Assembly (NCBI GenBank): GCA_965243135.1
Contig: OZ251539.1
Location: 544,001 to 608,000 of the forward strand
Origin: Alphaproteobacteria bacterium
GTDB taxonomy: Bacteria > Pseudomonadota > Alphaproteobacteria > MPNO01 > UBA830
Direction of reading: 5' to 3'
DNA length: 64,000 nt
Shown piece by piece: positions 47,814 to 55,766 of this stretch. The position numbers and the translations under genes are program-made. The notes under the pieces were generated by a model. That model was given only the letters and a program-made list of their open reading frames with translations, ran no database searches and was not told where the DNA came from. Each line of letters begins with the position of its first letter. Positions within the stretch are counted from its first letter, which is position 1.

Positions 47814-48454
47814 CGGCGGGCGCGGCGGCGGCGACGCGGACCCGGCTGATCCGCGCCGTCCACGCGAAGGCGCGGCAGCTCGGGATCTCCGACGAGGACC
47901 GCGAGACGCTGCAGGTGCGCGCCGCCGGCGCGCCGTCGTGCCGCGACATGGACGTCCCGCAGCTCCGCGCCGTCCTGCGCGAGATGGACGCCTGGAAGCG
48001 CCTCCAGTCGCGCCGCGACGAGATCCCGGACGGGCCGGTCGCGGCGAAGCTGCGGGCGCTGTGGATCTCCGGCTGGCACCTCGGCGTCGTCGAAGACCGC
48101 AGCGAGGCGGCGCTGGCCGCGTGGCTGCGCCGCCAGTCCGGCGTCGAGGCGCTCCCCTGGGCGGCGCCGGCGTCCCTCTCCAACTGCGTCGAGGCGCTGA
48201 AGGCGTGGCTGGCGCGCGACGGCGGCGTCGACTGGTCGCCGTACGCGACCGAGGACGGCCCCGCCGAGAACCCGCGCGGCCGCGTCCTCGAAGCGCAGTG
48301 GCGCCGCCTCGCCGCGCTCGGCCGCGTGCGGATCGCGTCGGCCGGAGCGCTCCACGAATGGGCGCGGAAGCGCGGCGTCCCCCACTACCTGTTCGCGGAC
48401 GCCGCGGCGCAGGACCGCCTCGTCCGCGTCCTCGGCGACTGGATCCGGGCGTGA
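47810..48454 (+). CDS. gemA: GemA (Mu gp16)-family protein
   Basis: LIRAVHAKARQLGI, KLRALWISGWHLGVV, VEALKAWLAR. Confidence 0.85.
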   Translation: MTAGAAAATRTRLIRAVHAKARQLGISDEDRETLQVRAAGAPSCRDMDVPQLRAVLREMDAWKRLQSRRDEIPDGPVAAKLRALWISGWHLGVVEDRSEAALAAWLRRQSGVEALPWAAPASLSNCVEALKAWLARDGGVDWSPYATEDGPAENPRGRVLEAQWRRLAALGRVRIASAGALHEWARKRGVPHYLFADAAAQDRLVRVLGDWIRA

Positions 48455-48738
48455 GACTGACGCGCCGCGAAAAACGGGTGCTCTGGATCGCGGCGGTGGA
48501 GAAGGCCCCCGTGGGGTTCGGTCCGGGCCCCGCCCGGGGCCTCCGCACCGTCCGCTGCGGCGACGACAGGCTGATCGTCGAAGCGAGGGGCGACGCCGGC
48601 GCGTCTCTGGCGCGGAAGGGGCTGCTGGAATGGGACGGAAAATCCCGGACCGGGACCTGGCGGCTGCTGACGCAGGCGGGCCACGAGGCCGCCCGGCCGC
48701 TCGTCGAGGCCTGGCGCGACTGGAGGGACATCCGATGA
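48451..48738 (+). CDS. Small winged-helix-like protein
   Basis: SLARKGLL..WRLLTQAG. Confidence 0.45.
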   Translation: MRLTRREKRVLWIAAVEKAPVGFGPGPARGLRTVRCGDDRLIVEARGDAGASLARKGLLEWDGKSRTGTWRLLTQAGHEAARPLVEAWRDWRDIR

Positions 48739-49073
48739 CGGAACCTTTGCCCGGCGCGCTCGCCGAAATCGAGGAGCTGATCGGCCGCGACGCGGCGATC
48801 GCGATGGCGCGGTACGTGGGCGGCGGCCGGATATACGTCCCGAAGGGGACGGACACCGCGACGGCCGCCGTGCTCCGCGAGATGCTGGGGCCGGAGAAGG
48901 CCGGAAGGCTGCTCGACAGGTACGCCGGCGACACCCTCGAAATCCCGAAGGCCCGGAAGTTCGTGGTGCCGACGATGGCGGACGCGGGAATGACCCGGCG
49001 GCAGATCGTCGCGGAGACCGGCCTCACGGCGGCGACCGTCCGGCAGTATCTCAGGGGAAGGAATCTCCCCTAA
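48735..49073 (+). CDS. Mor/C-like transcription activator
   Basis: LPGALAEIEELIG..GGGRIYVPK, C-terminal HTH; immediately precedes lysis genes. Confidence 0.75.
   Translation: MTEPLPGALAEIEELIGRDAAIAMARYVGGGRIYVPKGTDTATAAVLREMLGPEKAGRLLDRYAGDTLEIPKARKFVVPTMADAGMTRRQIVAETGLTAATVRQYLRGRNLP
49051..49073. promoter_or_regulatory. Palindrome upstream of the rightward late operon
   Basis: TCAGGGGA-AGGAATC-TCCCCTAA, related to 32783-32808. Confidence 0.5.
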
Positions 49074-49104
49074 CCGGGCGCGCGGCGGCGGCTATCGTCG
49101 CGGC

Positions 49105-49536
49105 ATGCGCCGCGCCAGCCTCATACGGGACGAATCCAGCGACCACGGCACCCTCTCCCGCCTCGCGGCGGGCGGCCTGTCGCTGCACGTCATCGAGCCG
49201 CCGTGGCGCGACAACCGGCGAAACCGGTCCTGCATCCCGGCCGGCGACTACGAGGCGCGGCCCCACGTCTCGCCGCGCTTCGGGCGCTGCCTGCTGGTCG
49301 CCGCCGTGCCGGACCGCACGCACATCCTCGTGCACGCCGGCAACGTCGGCGGCGACCGCGACCGCGGCCTGCACACCCACACCCTCGGATGCCTCCTGCC
49401 CGGCCTGCGGCGGGGGCGGATCGCCGTGCGCGGGCGGACCCAGCGCGCCGTTCTCAACTCCCGGCCGGCCCTGCGCCGCCTCATGGCGTGGGCCGGCGCC
49501 GAACCCTTCGTTCTGGAGATCCGCGAATGGACCTGA
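49105..49536 (+). CDS. DUF5675-family protein, putative endolysin
   Basis: IEPPW..SCIPAGDY, VPDRTHILVHAGN..TLGCLLPG; lysis-gene position. Confidence 0.7.
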   Translation: MRRASLIRDESSDHGTLSRLAAGGLSLHVIEPPWRDNRRNRSCIPAGDYEARPHVSPRFGRCLLVAAVPDRTHILVHAGNVGGDRDRGLHTHTLGCLLPGLRRGRIAVRGRTQRAVLNSRPALRRLMAWAGAEPFVLEIREWT

Positions 49537-50009
49537 TGCTCACCCTGCTGACGGGCGGCGCGAGCGGCCTGCTCGGCACGGCGGTCACCGCCGTGACGGG
49601 ATTCCTGGAGCGCCACCAGCGCCACCGCATGGAACTGGATCTGCGGCGCCTCGAGATCGAGGAGACGAAGGTCGAGGCGGCGTCGGCCGAGCGGATCGCC
49701 GCGACCGAGGCGGAATCCGCCGAGTCGTCCGCGGCGTGGACCGCCCTCTCGGAGAGCTATGCCGCCGCCGGGCGGCGCTGGTCGAGCGGCGACAGCCGCG
49801 CCCTGGTGTTCGTCGACGTCGTGCGCGGCCTGACGCGGCCGGCGCTCACGCTCCTGTTCCTCGCACTGACGGGCTGGATCTACTGGACGCTCGTCGGGGA
49901 CGCGGCCGGCGCGGGGCTGCGGACGCAGATCGTCCACACGGTGCTGTACCTGACCACGACCTGCGTCGTCTGGTGGTTCGGCGGGCGCCCCCGGCAGGCG
50001 CCGAAGTAG
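49527..50009 (+). CDS. Putative holin
   Basis: Three hydrophobic segments, VRGLTRPALT, WWFGGR. Confidence 0.65.
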   Translation: MDLMLTLLTGGASGLLGTAVTAVTGFLERHQRHRMELDLRRLEIEETKVEAASAERIAATEAESAESSAAWTALSESYAAAGRRWSSGDSRALVFVDVVRGLTRPALTLLFLALTGWIYWTLVGDAAGAGLRTQIVHTVLYLTTTCVVWWFGGRPRQAPK

Positions 50010-50011
50010 CC

Positions 50012-50371
50012 GTGGACATCGAGAACCGCATCGTCCAGGGGGTCGTGCTGGCGATGATCGCGGCGATCGGCGGCCTGTTCCTGCGCGTCCGGACGAACGA
50101 AAGCCGGATCGCGGTCCTCGAGAGCGCCGTGAAGGGCATGCCGGATCTCGCGAAGACCGTCGTCGCGATCGACAAGAACCTGGCGGTGCTCCAGGCGCAC
50201 GTCGCCGGCCTCCCGGACCACGACGACCAGCAGCGGCTCCACGACCGGATCGCGGAGAACCGCAAGCTGACGACGAACGCGCTGGAATCGATCGCGGCCA
50301 TGAACGCGACGCTCGGCGGCGTCCGCCAGGCGGTGGACCGCCTGCACACGGTCGAGATGGAGCGCAGATGA
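50012..50371 (+). CDS. N-terminally anchored coiled-coil protein (DUF2730/Mu gp25 position)
   Basis: TM plus coiled coil; synteny. Confidence 0.5.
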   Translation: MDIENRIVQGVVLAMIAAIGGLFLRVRTNESRIAVLESAVKGMPDLAKTVVAIDKNLAVLQAHVAGLPDHDDQQRLHDRIAENRKLTTNALESIAAMNATLGGVRQAVDRLHTVEMERR

Positions 50372-50679
50372 GCGGGAGCCTGAAGTCCCTCGTCCGGGCC
50401 GACGCCAGGCTCGCGCTTTTGCGCGTCCTCGCGCAGGACCGCGGCTACAGCCAGAACCATTCGATCCTGCGCCTGGCGATCGACAAGGCGACGGCGATCA
50501 CGCTCACCGACGACGAGGTGAAGGAGCACGTGCACTGGCTCGAGGACCGCGGCCTGGTCGCGTCCGAGGAGGTTCCGCCCTACCTGCTCGCCCGGCTCAC
50601 CGACCGCGGACTGTCCGTCGCGCGCGGCGAGGCCGAGGTCGAGGGCGTCAGCCGTCCGCGGCCCGATCAGACCGCCTGA
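50368..50679 (+). CDS. Mu gp26-like winged-helix protein
   Basis: RLALLRVL..WLEDRGLV..LTDRGLSVARG..GVSRP. Confidence 0.8.
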   Translation: MSGSLKSLVRADARLALLRVLAQDRGYSQNHSILRLAIDKATAITLTDDEVKEHVHWLEDRGLVASEEVPPYLLARLTDRGLSVARGEAEVEGVSRPRPDQTA

Positions 50680-50682
50680 CCC

Positions 50683-51216
50683 GTGCCCCGGGCCAGCATC
50701 GTGGACCGGAGCTTCGCGGCGGCGGAGCAGGCGAAGATCGCCGCGTTCCTCGACGCGCACCCGCACGTCTCGGTCTCGGATTTCCGGGCGTACCTCGCGG
50801 AACGCGGCTGCGAGATCTCCCGCGGCGGCGCCCACGCCGCGAAGAAGCGCCTCGAGGACGTGGGGCGCAAGCTGCGCGAGGGGCGGATGTTCCTCGACGC
50901 CGTCGGCGAAGGCCTCGACCGGACCGACGAAAGCCGGCGCACCCGCGCGCTGCTGGAGACGGTGAAGGTGATGTTCGCGGAATTCCAGCTGCGGCAGATG
51001 GACGGCGCGGAACTGGACGCCGGAGACTTCCGGAGCATGGCCGGAGCTCTCAGGGACATCGCGGCCGCGTCCCGCGCCGACCAGGACTTCGCCGGCCGCG
51101 TCGCCGACGAGGAGAGGAGGAAGGCGGCGGAAGCGGCGGGCGCGGCGGCGCGGGAGCTCGGGATCGGCGGCGACGCGGAGGCCGCGATCCGGCGCGCCAT
51201 CGAGGGCGGCCGGTGA
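50683..51216 (+). CDS. Mu gp27-like (DUF3486) small terminase
   Basis: Size and position before the large terminase; MPR.S.VD start. Confidence 0.65.
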   Translation: MPRASIVDRSFAAAEQAKIAAFLDAHPHVSVSDFRAYLAERGCEISRGGAHAAKKRLEDVGRKLREGRMFLDAVGEGLDRTDESRRTRALLETVKVMFAEFQLRQMDGAELDAGDFRSMAGALRDIAAASRADQDFAGRVADEERRKAAEAAGAAARELGIGGDAEAAIRRAIEGGR

Positions 51217-52646
51217 CCGGAATCCTCCTGCCGTATCAGGCGCGATGGGTGGCGGACGCGGAGGGAATCGCCGTCATAGAAAAATCCCGCCGCATCGGCC
51301 TGTCGTGGTGCCAAGCGTACAGCGACGTCATGCGCGCGGCCAGCCGGGAGCGCCCCGGCAACGTCTACTACCAGAGTTACGCCAAGGACATGACGCAGGG
51401 CTACATTTCCGACTGCGCCGAGTGGGCGGAGAAGATCCAGGCCGCCGCCGGCGCGGTCGGCGAGGAGGCCTACGAAGAGGGCGGCAGGCAGGTCTTCGCG
51501 TACAAGATCCGGGCGGCCACCGGCAAGGAGATCGTGGCCATGACCTCCGCGCCGCGCGGGTTCCGCTCCCGCGGCCGGCCGGGAGACCGCGGCGTCGTCG
51601 ACGAGGCGGCGTTCGTCGACGACCTCGGCGCGGTCCTGAAGGCGGTGAAGGCGTTCCGGATGTGGCGCGGGCAGATCCGGATCATGTCCACGCACAACGG
51701 CGAGAACTCCGAATTCGCCAAATTGTGCAAGGCCGTCCGCGACGGCGACCAGCCCGGCTCCATCCACAAGGTGACGTTCCGGGACGCCCTCGACCAGGGA
51801 CTGTTCCGGAAGATCTGCGAAGTGACCGGCGAGGAGTGGTCGCCGGAACGCGAAGAGGAGTGGGAGGCCGAAATCCGGGCGGACTACGGCGAGGACGCCG
51901 CCGAAGAGCTCGACTGCGTGCCCGCCAGCGGCGCGGGCCACTGGCTCAGCTGGCCGTTGATTCACGGCGCGGAGAGCCCGTTCGCCGGCCTGCCCGGCCA
52001 GTACAAGGGCGGACCGACCGTCATCGGGGTCGATGTCGCCAGGCGCCGCGACCTGTTCGTTTTCGCCGTCATGGAGATCGTCGGCGCGCATCTGATCGTG
52101 CGCGAGATCGTCGAGCGTCGCAACATCAAGTTCTCGGAGCAGGACCGACTGCTCGACAAGGCCGTCGCGCGCTACCGGCCGATCCGCGTGGCGATGGACC
52201 AGACCGGCATGGGAGAAAAGCCGGTCGAGGACGCGCAGCGCCGCTACGGCCAACGGCGCGTGGAAGGCGTGATCATGTCGGCGCCGCGGCGCCTCGACGT
52301 CGCCACCGCGCTGCGCGAGCGGATGGAGGACGGCAGGCTGCGGATCCCGAAATCCGCGGAGCTGCGGGCGGACCTGCGGTCGGTGCGCACCGAGGACGGA
52401 CCGACCGGCGCGCCGCGCCTCGTCGTCCCGCGCACGAAAGACCGCGGCGAGGGACGCGAGGAGGCCGGCAAAACCCACGCCGACCGGTTCTGGGCGCTCG
52501 CCCTGGGCTGCGCCGCGGCGGCGGGATCCAGCGAGCCGGCCGGCGGCTACGCCGGCGGCGATCCGCGCGAGGCGCTGAAGCCGAAGGCGCTCCGCGGACG
52601 GCCCGAACGCGCGATGTTCGGCCGCCCCGGCAGGCGCGCGGCATGA
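51213..52646 (+). CDS. Mu gp28-like terminase large subunit
   Basis: LLPYQARW, EKSRRIGLSW, VDEAAF, GVDVARRRD, MDQTGMG, HADRFWALAL. Confidence 0.95.
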   Translation: MTGILLPYQARWVADAEGIAVIEKSRRIGLSWCQAYSDVMRAASRERPGNVYYQSYAKDMTQGYISDCAEWAEKIQAAAGAVGEEAYEEGGRQVFAYKIRAATGKEIVAMTSAPRGFRSRGRPGDRGVVDEAAFVDDLGAVLKAVKAFRMWRGQIRIMSTHNGENSEFAKLCKAVRDGDQPGSIHKVTFRDALDQGLFRKICEVTGEEWSPEREEEWEAEIRADYGEDAAEELDCVPASGAGHWLSWPLIHGAESPFAGLPGQYKGGPTVIGVDVARRRDLFVFAVMEIVGAHLIVREIVERRNIKFSEQDRLLDKAVARYRPIRVAMDQTGMGEKPVEDAQRRYGQRRVEGVIMSAPRRLDVATALRERMEDGRLRIPKSAELRADLRSVRTEDGPTGAPRLVVPRTKDRGEGREEAGKTHADRFWALALGCAAAAGSSEPAGGYAGGDPREALKPKALRGRPERAMFGRPGRRAA

Positions 52647-54076
52647 GCCTGCGCGATCGCGTCATCCGCCTGCTCGGCGGCGCGGAGCCGGCGCGGTTGC
52701 GCGAGGCGGCCGGAATCACCGTCGACCCCGACGACGATCAGTGGCGGCGGCTGACCGACGACCTGCGGCGCGACCTCACGCCGCTGACCCAGCACCGGAT
52801 GAGGGAGCTGGCCGCCGGCCTCTGGGAATCGAACCTGCTGGCCCGGCAGCTCGTCGAACTGCCGATCGCGTTCCTCCTGGCGGAGGGCGTGACGCTGCGC
52901 GTACCCGACGAGCAGGCGCAGGAGTGGCTCGACGAGTGGTGGCGCGATCCGATCACCGATATGCCGATGCGGCTCCAGGAGCTGATGCGCGACGTCGCGC
53001 TGACCGGCGAGGCCGCCTGGCCCTGCTTCGTCGACCCGTCGTCCGGCCACGTCCGGATGGCGTGGCTCGACCCGGCCCTGATCGAGACGGTCGTGCGCGA
53101 CCCCGACAACGTTTCGAGGCCGATCGGGATCGTCACGCAGAAGGACCGGCGCGGGAGGGCCCGGCGCTACCGGGTCGCCGTGTCCGGGCCGGAGACCGTC
53201 TTCGCGCCGACCGCGCGCGGGATCCGGGAGACGTTCGACGACGGCGACATCCTGTATTTCCGGACCAACGCGCAGGCCGGCGGCGCGCGCGGGAGATCCG
53301 ACCTGCTCGCGGCGATCGACTGGCTCGACGTCTACGAGCGCTACCTCTACGGCGAGGCGGATCGTGCGGAAGGGCTGCGCGCGTTTCTCTGGGACATCAC
53401 CATATCGGGCGGAACGGCGGAGGACGTGAAGCGGCGGGCCGCCGAGATCACGGCGCCGGAATCCGGCGCCGTGCGGATCCACAACGACGCGGAGACGTGG
53501 CAGGCGCTCGCGCCGAACCTCGGCGGGCAGGATCTCGAAAGCGTCAGCCGCCTGTTCCGCAACCACCTGCTCGGCGGCTCCAGCCTGCCCGAGCACTGGT
53601 TCGGCGGCGGCGGCGACGTGAACCGCGCGACCGCCGCGGAAATGGGGTCGCCCACCTTCAAGTCCTTGCAGATGCGCCAGACGTTCTGGACCGAGATCCT
53701 GCGGAGGGCGGGCGAATACGCGCTGTCCAGGCGGATCGACCCGACGGGCGGGAGCTGGATCCCGCCGTCGGACAAGGACTTGCAGATCTCGGTCGACTGG
53801 CCGCCGATGGTGACCGAAGACTCGTCGAAGCACGCGGCGGCCTTCGCCCAGGCGACCGCGGCGGCCGCGATGGGCGTCGAACGCGGCCTGATCTCCGAGG
53901 CGACGGCTATGCGGATCGTCGCGTCCGCCGGGGAGCGCCTCGGGGTGGAGATCGATCCCGAGACGGAAATCGCCGCGGCGCGGGAGGAAGCCGAGACGAG
54001 GAGGAAGCGGCAGGCCGACGAGGATTCGTTCCCGCCGCCGCCCGACGACGAAGACGCGCCGCCCGATGGCGACTGA
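52643..54076 (+). CDS. Portal protein
   Basis: 477 aa directly after terminase; RGRSDL, LPEHWFG..VNRATA. Confidence 0.8.
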   Translation: MSLRDRVIRLLGGAEPARLREAAGITVDPDDDQWRRLTDDLRRDLTPLTQHRMRELAAGLWESNLLARQLVELPIAFLLAEGVTLRVPDEQAQEWLDEWWRDPITDMPMRLQELMRDVALTGEAAWPCFVDPSSGHVRMAWLDPALIETVVRDPDNVSRPIGIVTQKDRRGRARRYRVAVSGPETVFAPTARGIRETFDDGDILYFRTNAQAGGARGRSDLLAAIDWLDVYERYLYGEADRAEGLRAFLWDITISGGTAEDVKRRAAEITAPESGAVRIHNDAETWQALAPNLGGQDLESVSRLFRNHLLGGSSLPEHWFGGGGDVNRATAAEMGSPTFKSLQMRQTFWTEILRRAGEYALSRRIDPTGGSWIPPSDKDLQISVDWPPMVTEDSSKHAAAFAQATAAAAMGVERGLISEATAMRIVASAGERLGVEIDPETEIAAAREEAETRRKRQADEDSFPPPPDDEDAPPDGD

Positions 54077-54965
54077 CGGACAGAGGGAGCGCCGCCTCAA
54101 ACGCGAGCGCTCCAGGCGGCAGCGGGCGCTTCCGCGGATCCAGCGCGACGCGGCCGCCGAGGTCAAACGCCTGCTGCGCGCCGCCGAGCGCGATCTCCGC
54201 AGCGAACTGGCGGGCGCCCCCACCGACTATCAGGCGTTCGCGCTGCCGGCCGTCCAGGCGACGGTGCGGACCGCGCTCGAGACGCTCGGCACGGAACTGG
54301 GCCGGGCCGCGGCGGCGGGACAGCGGAACGCATGGACGGCCGGGATCGCGTCGGTCGACGCGCCGGTCGACGCGGCCTTCGGGCTGGATCGGCCGGAATT
54401 CCGTTTGGCGGCGTTCCTGCCCGAGGTCGACACGCAACAGCTGTTCGCGATGCAGACGTTCCTGACGACGAAGATGCGCGACGTGACCGTCGCCGCGGCG
54501 GACAGAATCAATTCCGACATCGGGCTGGCCATCGTCGGCTCGCACGGCGTCGCCGACGCCGTCAAAGGCGTGTCCCGGACGCTCGGCAGCTCGCGATCGC
54601 GGGCGCTGACCGTGACGCGCACCGAGCTGGCGCGCGCCTACTCGGCAGCCGGACAGCAGCGCCTCGGCCAAGCGTCGGAGATCCTGCCCGGCATGAAGAA
54701 GCAGTGGCGCCGGTCAGGCAAACTGAAGTCGCGGATCGAGCACGACGCCGTCGACGGGCAGCTGCGCGACGCCGACGAACCGTTCCTCGTCGGGGGCTAC
54801 GAGCTCATGCACCCGGTCGACCCGGCCGGGCCGCCGGCGCAGACGATCAATTGCGGCTGCCAGTCGCTTCCATGGATGGAGACCTGGGACGTTCTGCACC
54901 AAGGCAAACGGCCGTTCACCCGCGAGGAAATCGCGCACGACCCGCGGCGCGGCGACATCGCGTGA
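54066..54965 (+). CDS. Phage_Mu_F/SPP1 gp7-like head morphogenesis protein
   Basis: RTELARAY, KKQW, R..H..DGQ, HP.DP..INCGC. Confidence 0.88.
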   Translation: MATDGQRERRLKRERSRRQRALPRIQRDAAAEVKRLLRAAERDLRSELAGAPTDYQAFALPAVQATVRTALETLGTELGRAAAAGQRNAWTAGIASVDAPVDAAFGLDRPEFRLAAFLPEVDTQQLFAMQTFLTTKMRDVTVAAADRINSDIGLAIVGSHGVADAVKGVSRTLGSSRSRALTVTRTELARAYSAAGQQRLGQASEILPGMKKQWRRSGKLKSRIEHDAVDGQLRDADEPFLVGGYELMHPVDPAGPPAQTINCGCQSLPWMETWDVLHQGKRPFTREEIAHDPRRGDIA

Positions 54966-54993
54966 TCGCCGCGTTCGCGATCCTGCTGGACCG

Positions 54994-55203
54994 GTGACCC
55001 CCTTCGAGGCGGCCTCGGCCGAGCTGGAGAGGCGGCAAGAGGTCTCCATCCTTCGCGCCGAGGCCGCCTTTCTGCGGGACGCGGCGTCCGCCGTCGAGCG
55101 TCTCGGAGCCGGGCGCGATCCGCGTCGGCGGGCGTCGAGGCTGCGGTGGCTCGCGGGCCGGCGCGAGACCCAGGCCAAGGAGATGGAAGATGCCGCGGAC
55201 TAG
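54994..55203 (+). CDS. Hypothetical protein
   Basis: 69-aa ORF in operon. Confidence 0.4.
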   Translation: MTPFEAASAELERRQEVSILRAEAAFLRDAASAVERLGAGRDPRRRASRLRWLAGRRETQAKEMEDAAD

Positions 55204-55420
55204 GCGCTGCCACCACTGCGCAGAGCGGTCCGAGACAGTCCAACGGTCGCCTTTCGGAACTTTCCTTTGCGCCGAGTGCGAGCGCGAACTGCGCGACAGC
55301 CTGTCCCGCGATCCGGCGAACGAGGCCGTGCACTTGACCGATATGAAATTCGTCGGGGGAGACGGCGTGGCGCGTCCGTGGAAGGGCGGGGGGAGCGATC
55401 ATGAAGATCGAAAGGCATAA
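55190..55420 (+). CDS. Zn-finger hypothetical protein
   Basis: CHHC..CAEC; last prophage gene. Confidence 0.45.
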   Translation: MPRTRRCHHCAERSETVQRSPFGTFLCAECERELRDSLSRDPANEAVHLTDMKFVGGDGVARPWKGGGSDHEDRKA

Positions 55421-55584
55421 GTTTCAGCACGGGCGCTGAAGGTGATCGCGCCGTACCCGCACTGGCCGCGGCCGGATCGCGCCGCCGGGACTCGGAATCC
55501 TCCGCTGGGTCAGGTAGAATTCCCCTTGTTTTACGACCCCGAAAACGGGGGGGAAATTTTCGATTTTTCGGGTTTTGAAAGCCG

Positions 55585-55753
55585 GATTCGCAGATACTTC
55601 TGTCCGCAACCGCGTCGGCGCGCCCGGATCGCCACGCACCGTCGAGGCGGTCCGGAGCACTGCGAAAGCGTTGAGAATCCGCCGAATCCGGCCGGGTCGT
55701 TCAGCCTAGTTCAGGATAGTACGGCCAAGTTCGGATTCTGGCCCACTTCTGGC
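55585..55753 (-). repeat. Right-end putative transposase-binding sites
   Basis: Minus-strand GCCAGAAGTGGGCCAGAATC (55734-55753, same offset from the end as the first left site) and GACAGAAGTATCTGCGAATC (55585-55604, 17/20 identical to first left site). Confidence 0.8.
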
Positions 55754-55761
55754 AGGTAACA

Positions 55762-55766
55762 ATGGG
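55762..55766 (+). repeat. 5-bp target-site duplication ATGGG, right copy
   Basis: Follows terminal CA at 55760-55761. Confidence 0.92.

Larger units (their letters stand above)
14597..55761. mobile_element. Mu-like transposable prophage with non-contractile tail, 41,165 bp
   Basis: TG...CA termini, 5-bp TSD, DDE transposase plus MuB-like ATPase, Gam, GemA, Mor, terminase, portal, capsid and tail genes; no sheath gene seen. Confidence 0.95.

Noticed and set aside
32760-55760. Inverted repeats enabling active flipping of the early-to-portal arm
   Set aside because: No convincing inverted match found by eye between 32.8-33.4 kb and 55.4-55.7 kb
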